Shown here one piece after another: positions 18,085 through 27,372 of a stretch of DNA of 64,000 nucleotides. Under the pieces are notes generated by a model, which searched no databases, was not told the origin of the DNA, and saw nothing but the letters and a program-made list of their open reading frames with translations. Location of the stretch: positions 5,871 through 69,870 of IMG/VR virus record IMGVR_UViG_3300033571_007861; one strand, written 5' to 3'. The position numbers and the translations under genes were made by a program. Position 1 is the stretch's first letter; the number at the start of each line of letters is the position of its first letter. The stretch comes from a virus.

Positions 18085-18765
18085 ATGCTTCCTGACAATA
18101 TAAACAAAAACTGTGGAATATACAGGATATATAACAAATCCAATGGTAAGTTTTACATTGGATCAAGCAAAAACATTAAACAAAGAAAACAAAAGCATTT
18201 TTATCAATTAAATAAAAATAATCATAAAAATGATTATTTGCAAAATGCTTGGAATTCACAGCAAAATAAAGAAGATTTTGATTTTCAAGTTTTTATATAT
18301 TGTAAAGAGCACGAGTTGATTTTATTAGAACAAAAATGCATAGATATTATGAATCCACATTATAACGAATCAAGAATAGCTGGAAGGCCGGACTTAAATG
18401 AAAATACAAGAAAAAAAATATCAAAGTCCGTAAAAAATTATTTAATTAGCTTAGGTGATAATCACCCAAGCAAAAGACCAGAAGTAAGAGAAAAAATGAG
18501 TCTTTCCTCCAAGGGGAGGCCAAAAACAAAAGAAAGTATTGAAAAACAAAAACATACCAAAGCTTCGCCCAATTTTAAGTGCCCTAATAAAAGCATTGAA
18601 AAAAGAACCAAACATAGTGAGTTATTAAAATCAAAAGGAGAGTTTCATGCCAGCAAGAGAGACGATGTTAGAAAAAAGATGAAAGATTATTGGCGCACAG
18701 GTGCATCTTTATATACACTTTGGTATAGATCAAATGTAATGCATCAATATTATTGGGGCGCTTGA
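18085..18765 (+). CDS. free-standing GIY-YIG homing endonuclease ending in YWGA
   Basis: CGIYRIYN..FYIGSS..R..H..LEQ..YN; AT-rich. Confidence 0.88.
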   Translation: MLPDNINKNCGIYRIYNKSNGKFYIGSSKNIKQRKQKHFYQLNKNNHKNDYLQNAWNSQQNKEDFDFQVFIYCKEHELILLEQKCIDIMNPHYNESRIAGRPDLNENTRKKISKSVKNYLISLGDNHPSKRPEVREKMSLSSKGRPKTKESIEKQKHTKASPNFKCPNKSIEKRTKHSELLKSKGEFHASKRDDVRKKMKDYWRTGASLYTLWYRSNVMHQYYWGA

Positions 18766-18767
18766 TT

Positions 18768-21701
18768 ATGCACACCGCCATAAAAAACGCTTTGCTGCTT
18801 GCAAAAAATCGTCGCAAATATCAAACGGGCGGATCAACACCGTATGGCGTTGTTGATTTGGGCGATAAAATAATCCTTGGCTCTCCTCATGGTGATAAAA
18901 TCGAACTGCCAGAGGACATTCAATCTCGCGTTAGGGATGTGGCTCAAAAGCACGGCGCATATTACGAGGGCACTGGGGGAGACATTGAGTCAAACAAAGA
19001 GTTGCTGCCCGAATATCGAGGGTCTTGGGACGAGCAATATGCAAGAAACATAAGTGGATACCCCACGGAATATCTTGCTCCGATGTTTAGCAACGTCGAA
19101 GTAAACAGACCTCATGAGATTTTTGAAGACCCTAAGAAAACCATAATGGCAAGTATTTTGGCCAATCAAGCCAAGGCCAGATATATTAAAGACAGGGATT
19201 TTAACGAAAAGGTTTTGCGGGATTTTTTGCTTGAGGGCAGCGAACCGGACACTAATTTTCTTAAATTATCTCAGGAACCCGCCACAAAAGAAAACCTTCT
19301 TAAGTTTTTTACAACGGGTGAAAAACTTATGTGGCCGGATAACTGGCAAGAATATCCTCATAACCTTGGAAAGATTGCAAAACGATTTGAAGATGCAAGA
19401 AATTCTTATTTGTTGAACGCGCCTCCCGGCGTTTACGTCGCTGGAGCCGGTCATATCCCAGAGCTTAAACGTCTTAAAAAAGATTTGAACGTCATTGGCG
19501 GCGAAAGGTCTGGTTATGGCATTGGCGGCACCCCAACCGACGACCAACAAGACTTCACCGGCAGCGTTGAACTAGGACGCCCCGACGAGGTTTCTCAGGA
19601 AGCGTTTTTACAAGAACAACTCCAAGGCTCTGCGCCTCAGTATGATCCTGAAGCTGGAATGCTGACGGCTAAGCGCGCAGGGTTGATGGCGGCAGGATTT
19701 GCGCCGGGGAGTGGTATTGCCACGGCTGCTGGTCAATTTCCGACTGCTGAGGGCGGTAAAGAGCCGTCAATGGCTGAGGATTGGCGCAAGGGTGAATATC
19801 TTTCTGCTGGCCTTAAAGGTTTGGGCGCTGCTGGCGATATTGCCTATGGCGTTCCCTTGGTCGGCCCTGCTGTTGGCGCTGCGATGAAAGCGCCGTTGGT
19901 TGCTAAACTTGCCATGGCTGCTGCGCCGATGGCGAAGATTGCTGGCGAAGTAGCGCCTGCTGTTGAAACTGTTTCACGTGTAACAAACCCCATCGGCATG
20001 TATTCGGCTGCTGCCGAAGCCGCTCGTGCTTTGCCCCAAGAAAAAGGCACCCTGCAGCAAATGCTGGCGACGATGAAGGGTGTGACGCCGGAAGAGCTAC
20101 ATTGGTCGGGGGTGAGTGAGGCGTTTGCGGGAAAACCCACTGTCACGCGCGAGGAACTGGCAAAGCATTTTGAGGAACGGTTGCCGGGGGTAAGTGAGAC
20201 GGTGTTGGTTGATGAGCCAATTAAAGGAAGCGGATGGGAGTCTGTTGAGGGCGGAACAAAGTTTGGAGAACACACACTCCCCGGCGGTGAAAACTATCGG
20301 GAGGTTGTGTTACATTTGCCAGAGATTTCTCCAGAAGCACAAAAACTTGAAGCGCGTAGAAGAGAAATAGAAGCACTTGGTCGTGAGGCGACAGAAGAAC
20401 AAAAAACCGAGTGGGCAAATATTATGAATCGCCTTCAACCCGAACAAAGGGACATTGAAGGATTAGATCAATTTAAAGGTTTTCCAACTTTTCAATCTCA
20501 ACACTGGAACCAACCCAACGTCCTTTCTCATCTCCGCATGTCCGACCGCACAGGCCCGGATGGCGAGAAAGTATTGCATCTTGAAGAATTGCAGAGTGAT
20601 TGGGGGCAGAAGGGGAGGAAGGAAGGGTTTAGGGATCAAGAATCTTTTGACAAAGCAAACAGAAGAGTAAAGGAAATTCAAGAAAAAGAAAAGGAATTGA
20701 ATAATAAATTAAATGATATTAACAAAAATATGATGATTGACGAAGATGCTTTTGAAACTATGCTTAGTTCAAATCCAGACCCCGTTCTTGTTAAAAAGTT
20801 TTACCAACAAAATCAAAACATATTAGATGCGTCAAAACCAATAGATAAAGAATTGGAAAACTTGCAAAATGAACGACTTTCACTTGTAAGTGATATGGAA
20901 AACTTTGCTAGGGGCGTTCCTTCCGCCCCCTACGTCGCCTCCCCCGAAGGCAAGCATACATTGTCGTGGGTTGATCTTGGCCTCAAGCGCGCATTGAAAG
21001 AAGCGGCTGAGGGTGGGTATGACAAACTTATTTGGACCCCCGGCCCTGAACAAGCGGCGCGGTATGATTTGTCGAAGCAAATTCAACGTATTGAGTATGA
21101 TCCAAAATTTCAAATGTTAAACGCTTACAAACCCAATGGCTTCAATGCCATTGAAAAATCAAATGTTAAACCAGAACAACTTTCGGAATATATTGGAAAA
21201 GAGGCTGCAGAAAAATTGTTGCAGTCTCAGCCAGATAGTTGGGGGATTTATAAACTTGCTGATGAAGACTTAAAAGTCGGCGGCGAGGGAATGAAGTCTT
21301 TTTACGACAAGATCGTTCCCAATCAACTGCAAAAGATTGTCAAGAAATTAGATAAAGACGCCAAGGTTCAAATTGGCGGTCATGCGATTGAGACGGATGA
21401 TGGCGCAATCAACGCCCACGTCATCCAAATCACACCTAAAATGCGCGAAGCCATCTTAAAAGGCTTTGCTGCATATGCTGATGGCGGCGCTGTTAAGCCA
21501 AAACAACGCAATTCCGCGCATCTTGGTCCGATTATTGAGCGCGGAATGAAGATTACGCAGAAATTGAGCGCCAAAAAGGGCCAAAAACCCTCAACCACCA
21601 TCCCAAAACCCGTAAAATACGTCCCTCAAGCGAAAGAAAACGCCGAGTTTCGCAAATTAATGGCTGAGGTGGACGAGTTGCTTGAGAAATTCAAAGATTG
21701 A
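18768..21701 (+). CDS. large modular (polyvalent-like) protein
   Basis: shares the SQEAFLQEQLQGSAPQYDPEAG leader with 13816; GGENYRE..HW..LEELQSDW..GYD..GM..FYD domain; xxGG-delimited. Confidence 0.75.
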   Translation: MHTAIKNALLLAKNRRKYQTGGSTPYGVVDLGDKIILGSPHGDKIELPEDIQSRVRDVAQKHGAYYEGTGGDIESNKELLPEYRGSWDEQYARNISGYPTEYLAPMFSNVEVNRPHEIFEDPKKTIMASILANQAKARYIKDRDFNEKVLRDFLLEGSEPDTNFLKLSQEPATKENLLKFFTTGEKLMWPDNWQEYPHNLGKIAKRFEDARNSYLLNAPPGVYVAGAGHIPELKRLKKDLNVIGGERSGYGIGGTPTDDQQDFTGSVELGRPDEVSQEAFLQEQLQGSAPQYDPEAGMLTAKRAGLMAAGFAPGSGIATAAGQFPTAEGGKEPSMAEDWRKGEYLSAGLKGLGAAGDIAYGVPLVGPAVGAAMKAPLVAKLAMAAAPMAKIAGEVAPAVETVSRVTNPIGMYSAAAEAARALPQEKGTLQQMLATMKGVTPEELHWSGVSEAFAGKPTVTREELAKHFEERLPGVSETVLVDEPIKGSGWESVEGGTKFGEHTLPGGENYREVVLHLPEISPEAQKLEARRREIEALGREATEEQKTEWANIMNRLQPEQRDIEGLDQFKGFPTFQSQHWNQPNVLSHLRMSDRTGPDGEKVLHLEELQSDWGQKGRKEGFRDQESFDKANRRVKEIQEKEKELNNKLNDINKNMMIDEDAFETMLSSNPDPVLVKKFYQQNQNILDASKPIDKELENLQNERLSLVSDMENFARGVPSAPYVASPEGKHTLSWVDLGLKRALKEAAEGGYDKLIWTPGPEQAARYDLSKQIQRIEYDPKFQMLNAYKPNGFNAIEKSNVKPEQLSEYIGKEAAEKLLQSQPDSWGIYKLADEDLKVGGEGMKSFYDKIVPNQLQKIVKKLDKDAKVQIGGHAIETDDGAINAHVIQITPKMREAILKGFAAYADGGAVKPKQRNSAHLGPIIERGMKITQKLSAKKGQKPSTTIPKPVKYVPQAKENAEFRKLMAEVDELLEKFKD

Positions 21702-21730
21702 TTGAAAAATCAAGCAAAAAAGACTATAGT
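21702..21730 (+). promoter_or_regulatory. sigma70-like promoter
   Basis: TTGAAA-N17-TATAGT. Confidence 0.6.
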
Positions 21731-21811
21731 AAACATGTTTTTCGCGCTTCTTGACGCGATTTTTCACTTCCGATTGGCCATCGGGAGTTTACCTAGCTAG
21801 GATTTGATCAA

Positions 21812-22966
21812 ATGGCGCACGAATATAAGGATTCTGCGAAGAAATCGCATGATAAGAAGCTAGCCAGCTATGGCGGCAAGAGCAAGGACACGGATCATTG
21901 GGCTGGTTTGAAGGACATTAACACGTCCAAGCAGGCTGGCATGAAGGTGATTGACAAGGAGCCGGAGCTTTCTGAGGAAACCGCTCCGCGTATCATGCGC
22001 AAGGCCGGTGGCGCTGTGAAGGGCGCGATGTCGCTGAAGCGTTTGGACAAGGCTCCGCGTGGAAAGAAGCCGGTTATGGGCGGAACGCGCACTGAGGCTA
22101 TCCCGTCGCCGCAGAAACAGGAAGAAAAGTTTGACGCCACGACGCGCCCGACGACGGATCACATGAAGGATGTGTCGCGGCGCAAGGCTGGTGGGGCTCT
22201 GCGTCATAAGAAGGAAGAGGGTGGCAAGTTGCCGAGCGCAGAAGAGGCGCTTCGTTCCGCTGAGCGTTTGAAAGAAATCAAGGTTGATCGGAAGGAGCCG
22301 GAATATCCGAAGAGCCTTCCGGCGGCTTCTGAAGCTGCGCGCACGTCTGGTCGCACTCAGCCCTACAAGAAGGGCGGCAAAATCCCGCACATGGAGTGGG
22401 AACATTCCAAGGATGATCTTGAGCAGGATAAGAAACTTGCCAAGAAGCATGGCATGTCCATGGAGAAGTGGGAAAAGTCTGCTCTGGACAAGAAACATGA
22501 CGAGCAGCAGTCCACGGAAGGGCTGAAGAAGGGTGGTCGCGCCAAGCGCGCTGCTGGTGGTGGCCTTGGCATGTCGGAAGATGACGACGCGCCGAAGTCG
22601 CATGGCAAAAAGGGCGCTGGAAAGACCACAGTGAACATTATCATTGGTGGTGGCGCTCCCGGTGGTCAGCCGCCCGCCCCGCCTCCGATGATGGGTCCGG
22701 GCGCTTTGCCGCCTATGGCTCCCCCGCCCGCTCCGCCTGCTGGTCCTCCGATGCCGCCTCCGGGTGGTATGCCTCCGGGTGCTGGCGGCCCTCCGCCTCA
22801 GCTTCCGCCGGGGATGATGATGCGCGCTCGCGGTGGCCGCACATTTACCGATGTCAAAGTCAGCAAACCCAAAGTCCGCGATGGTTATCCGGTTATGACA
22901 GCCGGATCGGGAACTGGAAAAGGACGGCGTGAGAAGATTCTTGCGTATGGCGATGAAGGCGAATAA
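21812..22966 (+). CDS. basic low-complexity protein with many K/R-x-GG motifs and a Pro-rich segment
   Basis: RKAGG twice, EEGG, KKGG twice, AAGG, RARGG. Confidence 0.75.
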   Translation: MAHEYKDSAKKSHDKKLASYGGKSKDTDHWAGLKDINTSKQAGMKVIDKEPELSEETAPRIMRKAGGAVKGAMSLKRLDKAPRGKKPVMGGTRTEAIPSPQKQEEKFDATTRPTTDHMKDVSRRKAGGALRHKKEEGGKLPSAEEALRSAERLKEIKVDRKEPEYPKSLPAASEAARTSGRTQPYKKGGKIPHMEWEHSKDDLEQDKKLAKKHGMSMEKWEKSALDKKHDEQQSTEGLKKGGRAKRAAGGGLGMSEDDDAPKSHGKKGAGKTTVNIIIGGGAPGGQPPAPPPMMGPGALPPMAPPPAPPAGPPMPPPGGMPPGAGGPPPQLPPGMMMRARGGRTFTDVKVSKPKVRDGYPVMTAGSGTGKGRREKILAYGDEGE

Positions 22967-22970
22967 GTAA

Positions 22971-23068
22971 CTGACAACAAGTTTGGAATCTGCTATATAA
23001 AAACGAAGGCGACAAGAACCATCAATTCTTGTCGCCTTCTAACCAAACACCGAAGGAGCAGGACGGCG
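22971..23068 (+). promoter_or_regulatory. sigma70-like promoter plus structured leader of the endonuclease gene
   Basis: CTGACA-N17-TATATA; AAGGCGACAAGAA/TTCTTGTCGCCTT hairpin; CTAACCA; SD flanked by CCG..CGG. Confidence 0.65.
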
Positions 23069-23929
23069 ATGGCTAACTCAGGTATATATAAAATTGTGGA
23101 TATTTCAACAGGTGATTTTTATATTGGATCAACTAAAAATTTTAAATTAAGAAAGAAGAAGCATTTTAACGATTTAAAAAATCAAAAACATCACAACAAC
23201 AAGATTCAAGCCATATACAACAAAGAAAGAGTCTTGAGTTTTGAAATATATATAATTTGTTCTGTTGAATTTTTACAAATGTATGAACAAAGATGTATAG
23301 ATATATTGAAACCAAAATTAAACATTTCTATTGACACTATTGCTTTTATGAGGGGTAAAAAGCATTCTCCCGAAACAAGAAAAAAGATGAAAGAAAACGC
23401 AAAAAGAGGTGAGAACAGCCCATCAAAACGCCCGGAAGTTAGAAAAAAGATGAGTGAAAGCAGTTGGATGAAGACACCGGAGGGTTCTTTATCTGTAAGC
23501 GGAGAAAACCACGCAGGCGTAAAACTTACTAAAGAACAAGCAATAGAAATTTTATATTCTCTGGAACCGACAAGTGTTTTAGCTCGTCGCTATAATATTG
23601 CACAGTCTGTAATTTCAAGAATTAGAAGCGGGGAAAGATGGAAGTGCATTCGTCCAAAAGATTTTGTTCCAAAGGGCATTCCTGAAAAAATATGGTATAG
23701 GTCCGGGCCTGACAATAAATTTTATGGCAAAAAACACTCTGTTGAATCTAGATTAAAAATCAGTGGAGAAAACGCCCATAAATCTAAGTTAAAATTAGAA
23801 GATGTATTAATTATCAGAGAATCAAAAGAACCTCCCAAAATTTTGGCTAAAAAATTTAATGTTTGTGAGGCTTCCATAAGAAACATACAAAAAAGAAAAT
23901 CTTGGAGATTTATAGATGGGCTCTCTTGA
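23069..23929 (+). CDS. free-standing GIY-YIG homing endonuclease with NUMOD3/HTH repeats
   Basis: SGIYKI..FYIGST; GKKHSPETRKKM and FYGKKHSVES. Confidence 0.9.
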   Translation: MANSGIYKIVDISTGDFYIGSTKNFKLRKKKHFNDLKNQKHHNNKIQAIYNKERVLSFEIYIICSVEFLQMYEQRCIDILKPKLNISIDTIAFMRGKKHSPETRKKMKENAKRGENSPSKRPEVRKKMSESSWMKTPEGSLSVSGENHAGVKLTKEQAIEILYSLEPTSVLARRYNIAQSVISRIRSGERWKCIRPKDFVPKGIPEKIWYRSGPDNKFYGKKHSVESRLKISGENAHKSKLKLEDVLIIRESKEPPKILAKKFNVCEASIRNIQKRKSWRFIDGLS

Positions 23930-24131
23930 CCTTGAATTATATCAAGTCTTAGAAAAAGAATTCGGTGATTTACTTGAACAGCTTGCCGCTGAGATTGTAA
24001 GTGGCCGTGCTTCCGACTATGCCGACTATCGGTTTAGATGCGGAAAAATAAACGCTATCAAAGACGCTCTTTTGATAGCTAAAAAAGCAAACCGAAAAGT
24101 TCTCGGTTTGAAAGATGACGAAGAAAGGTGA
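23916..24131 (+). CDS. hypothetical head-module protein upstream of the GroES-like gene
   Basis: SGRASDYADYRFRCG motif; synteny. Confidence 0.7.
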   Translation: MGSLDLELYQVLEKEFGDLLEQLAAEIVSGRASDYADYRFRCGKINAIKDALLIAKKANRKVLGLKDDEER

Positions 24132-24135
24132 AGCC

Positions 24136-24552
24136 ATGCCGGCTGTTTTGATGGATCATGAAGTTAACCCAAAAGACGCTCTTTTGGAACGTGTTGGTGA
24201 TTTGAGCGGAGTTGAAATATTTGGCAACGACGTTTTAGTTGCCATCTATCAAAGACCAAATCGAACAAAAAGCGGTCTTTATTTAACGGACGACACCGTT
24301 GGTGAAGATAGGTGGCAGTCAAAAGTAGGATTGGTTCTTAAAGTTGGACCAACAGCCTATGTTAATGAAGATGACGGAACAAAATTTAGAGACGTTAAGG
24401 AAGGAGATTGGGTCGTCCTTAGACCATCAGACGGTTACCCTGTTCAGTTCAGTTCTCAGTCTGCTAAAACGTCCAGAGACGTTGTTCCGTGTAGAATTGT
24501 TTCTGACGTTCACATCAGATGCCGGGTGAGCCATCCGGACCTCATTTACTAA
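24136..24552 (+). CDS. GroES/Cpn10-like co-chaperonin
   Basis: RTKSGLYL..GLVLKVGPTAY..VKEGDWV. Confidence 0.8.
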   Translation: MPAVLMDHEVNPKDALLERVGDLSGVEIFGNDVLVAIYQRPNRTKSGLYLTDDTVGEDRWQSKVGLVLKVGPTAYVNEDDGTKFRDVKEGDWVVLRPSDGYPVQFSSQSAKTSRDVVPCRIVSDVHIRCRVSHPDLIY

Positions 24553-24564
24553 GGAACGCCTCCT

Positions 24565-25605
24565 ATGATTGATGATGAAAACAAAGAACGCGCCGTGGAA
24601 GTCACACTTCCCGATGAGCCGATCACAGAAGTCACGCTTGGCGACTCTTCCGAAATCAAGGAAGAAGCGCCAAAGCTTTCTGTAAAAGAAACCAAGGAAC
24701 CGGAAGTTGACAGTGCTCCGGTTGTTGATGAGCGCGAACGTGCGCTTCAAGACCTCAAGAAACAGTATGAGGCGCAGAAGCTTCGTGCAGAAGCAGAGCG
24801 CGAGGCCCGCCGTCAGGCTGAAATGTATGCCCGTCAGCAGGCACAGCATCTTGGTCGCGCTAATATTGAGGTTCAGGACGGAAACCTGCGGGTTATCCTG
24901 AACGCGATTGACGCCACTGAACAGGCGGCTGAAAACGCGCAGCGCGACCTTGTTGATGCGTTGTCTGCGGGCGACTACGATTTGGTCGGAAAAGCTCAGC
25001 GCGCCATTGCTCAGTGTGAGGTTCATCTGCTTCAGCTTAATAATGGTAAGCAGAAACTTGAAGAATACCTCCAGCAGACAACTGAGGGAAGTGTTTATGA
25101 GCCTCAGGTTCCAAGTTTTGAGCCTCAAATCCCTCAAGACCCGGTTGAGATGTATGCGGCAAAGCTGACGCCCAAAAGCGCACAGTGGCTTCGTGAGCAT
25201 CCGGAAGTTGTCGGCAAGATTGGAAAACTCACCCGCGCTCATCAGGATGCTGTTGAGGACGGTATTGTGGCCGAATCGCCGGAATACTTTCAATATATTG
25301 AGTCGCGGCTTGGATACTCCGGCGCTCCTTCTTCGCGCTCCGGTGACCCTGAGCCTGAGCAGGATTTGCCGCAACGAGCGCCAAGTCAGCCTGCACCATC
25401 GCGCAAGAACCTAGCGTCGGCTCCTGTGTCGTCCTCAACGACAAGTATTTCTCCGCGCCCAAGCAGCAGCAATACAATGGTTTTGTCACCGTCAGAGGTT
25501 GAGGCTGCTATTTTGATGGAGCCTAGTCTTCCGCGTGAAAAGGCGATTGAAGTCTATGCGCGCAGCAAGGCTGATCTGATTCGACAGGGCAAGATGTCCG
25601 CCTAA
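24565..25605 (+). CDS. putative scaffolding protein
   Basis: acidic coiled coil, basic C-terminal helix, upstream of the capsid genes. Confidence 0.65.
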   Translation: MIDDENKERAVEVTLPDEPITEVTLGDSSEIKEEAPKLSVKETKEPEVDSAPVVDERERALQDLKKQYEAQKLRAEAEREARRQAEMYARQQAQHLGRANIEVQDGNLRVILNAIDATEQAAENAQRDLVDALSAGDYDLVGKAQRAIAQCEVHLLQLNNGKQKLEEYLQQTTEGSVYEPQVPSFEPQIPQDPVEMYAAKLTPKSAQWLREHPEVVGKIGKLTRAHQDAVEDGIVAESPEYFQYIESRLGYSGAPSSRSGDPEPEQDLPQRAPSQPAPSRKNLASAPVSSSTTSISPRPSSSNTMVLSPSEVEAAILMEPSLPREKAIEVYARSKADLIRQGKMSA

Positions 25606-25622
25606 AAACAAGGATTTATAAA

Positions 25623-26150
25623 ATGACAGACGAAACCGTAAATGAAACGCGCAGCCGCGAGATAAGCGCAACGCGCAACGCTGCTGGCGCTCCCAAGGCT
25701 GCTTCTGCTGATTCCAAGGCTCGTGCTGAGGCTCGTATTCGCCAGTTGCGCGGCAATCCGGACCTTCAACCCGGAGAGCGCGACAAGTATTGGGCTCCCA
25801 ATGCACCCGATGGATGGACTTATGAGTGGAAACTCAAGTCGGTCATGGGTCAGGATGACGTTGATCGTATTCGTGCGATTGAACTTGCTGGTTGGGAACC
25901 TGTCCCGCTTTCGCGTCATCCGGAACTTATGCCGAAAGGCTGGAAGGGCGAAACGATTGAGGTTGGCGGTCTTGTGTTGATGGAGCGACCGGCTGTATTT
26001 ACGCAGGAAGCCCGCGAGGAAGAGCGTCGTGCGGCGCGCGAGGCCGTTATAACCAAGGAAAACCAGATGCGCGAAGGCCGTTCGGGTGATCTTGGAAGGC
26101 GACAGGCTGACATTCGCAAGACGCGAGAGCCCATGGCGGTTCCGGAATAA
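25623..26150 (+). CDS. hypothetical head-module protein
   Basis: PDGWTYEW..GWEPV..GGLVLMERP; position between scaffold and capsid. Confidence 0.7.
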   Translation: MTDETVNETRSREISATRNAAGAPKAASADSKARAEARIRQLRGNPDLQPGERDKYWAPNAPDGWTYEWKLKSVMGQDDVDRIRAIELAGWEPVPLSRHPELMPKGWKGETIEVGGLVLMERPAVFTQEAREEERRAAREAVITKENQMREGRSGDLGRRQADIRKTREPMAVPE

Positions 26151-26157
26151 TATTTAC

Positions 26158-26186
26158 TTGAGGGGGCGTCAAAAGCGCCCCCTCAA
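26158..26186 (+). terminator. GC-rich terminator-like hairpin
   Basis: TTGAGGGGGCG-TCAAAAG-CGCCCCCTCAA; weak T tract. Confidence 0.6.
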
Positions 26187-26210
26187 TCTGTTTTACAAGG
26201 GCTACTATAA

Positions 26211-26462
26211 ATGGAGTGCGCTATGAAGGACGATGACGAGGATTATTCTGATATTGACTCGCCGCCTTTTGAGGAAGCGCCTCTTGATCCTGTGGCGGCT
26301 CGGGCGGCGTCTTTTACAAAGCTGCTTGCTTTGATTGACCACATCAAAGACGAGGAAGCCCGCAAAGAGGCTCTTTTGATGCTTCGTGCGATCAGGATGT
26401 CGTTCAAAACCCTTCCAATCGGTGAGTTATCGGCAATTCCGGCAGGGAAAACCGTTGTTTAG
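26211..26462 (+). CDS. hypothetical protein
   Basis: 83-aa ORF, acidic N-terminus. Confidence 0.55.
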   Translation: MECAMKDDDEDYSDIDSPPFEEAPLDPVAARAASFTKLLALIDHIKDEEARKEALLMLRAIRMSFKTLPIGELSAIPAGKTVV

Positions 26463-26466
26463 ATAG

Positions 26467-26494
26467 TTGACATTGATGTTAATGGGATTATAAT
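26467..26494 (+). promoter_or_regulatory. consensus sigma70 promoter upstream of the capsid operon
   Basis: TTGACA-N16-TATAAT. Confidence 0.75.
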
Positions 26495-26720
26495 CTATAG
26501 CCGGAATTCGTATTTGCGTCATTAACTTGTTTTGCGACTCGCGCTGAGAAACAAAACGCCAAATGACGCATTTTAGTTTGGCCTAAGAGCCAAAGAGTCG
26601 AAGCAAGAGGCTTCGAAAAATACTCGTGGTCCGCGCTGGGCCGCTTTCAACACATCCAGTCTAAGACTGCCACGCGCTGTTGCGGTTAACGACGTTTTCT
26701 TCAATGAGAAGGAGAAAACC

Positions 26721-27359
26721 GTGCCGAATTCATTCGCGCCCTTCGGTTTTTCGCCGGTAAACACTTCGGGAGGCCCCATGAATTGGAGGCTTTCTCGTCG
26801 TCGTATTGCTTCGACAAACTCTACCCCAATCTTCAAAGGTGATGCTGTCGTTCCCGTCACTGGAACGGCAACAGGTTATATTGCTCAGGCCACTGCCACA
26901 CAGTCTGCCACGATCCCGTTGGCCGGTGTGTTTTGGGGCTGTGAATACCTTTCGGTTTCGCAGAAGCGCACCGTTTGGTCGCCCTACTGGCCGGGTTCGG
27001 ACGCCAATGGCGACGTTCTGGCTTATGTGATTGATGATCCGCAGGCTCGTTTTGTTGTCCAGACATCTGGTTCTTCTTTCCAGATCACTGGCACACCGAC
27101 GAACTTTGGTTCGTCGCCGGTTGGTCAGCTTGCTCGTTTGAACACGACGGGTCAGGCGGGATCAACTGTTACGGGCAACTCCGGCATGTATCTTGATACT
27201 GTTGGCACGACCAATTGGTTTCCCTTCCAGATTGTCCAGATGGTCATTGATCCTCCGGGCACCAACGGGGCCGATGCCGCGTCAAACTTCAATTACGTTA
27301 TCGTCGGATTCAACAACGAGTGGCTGCGTGGCAACACTGCAGTAACCGGCATCAGCTAA
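26721..27359 (+). CDS. putative capsid decoration/minor head protein
   Basis: AAGGAG RBS; APFGFSP..IFKGDAV..VIDDP; directly upstream of the MCP. Confidence 0.7.
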   Translation: MPNSFAPFGFSPVNTSGGPMNWRLSRRRIASTNSTPIFKGDAVVPVTGTATGYIAQATATQSATIPLAGVFWGCEYLSVSQKRTVWSPYWPGSDANGDVLAYVIDDPQARFVVQTSGSSFQITGTPTNFGSSPVGQLARLNTTGQAGSTVTGNSGMYLDTVGTTNWFPFQIVQMVIDPPGTNGADAASNFNYVIVGFNNEWLRGNTAVTGIS

Positions 27360-27372
27360 GGAGTAGCGAACA

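Noticed and set aside
13816-21701. Tape measure protein call for the large xxGG proteins
   Set aside because: They sit in the head module, lack long helical TMP repeats, and no tail tube or tail chaperone genes were recognised.
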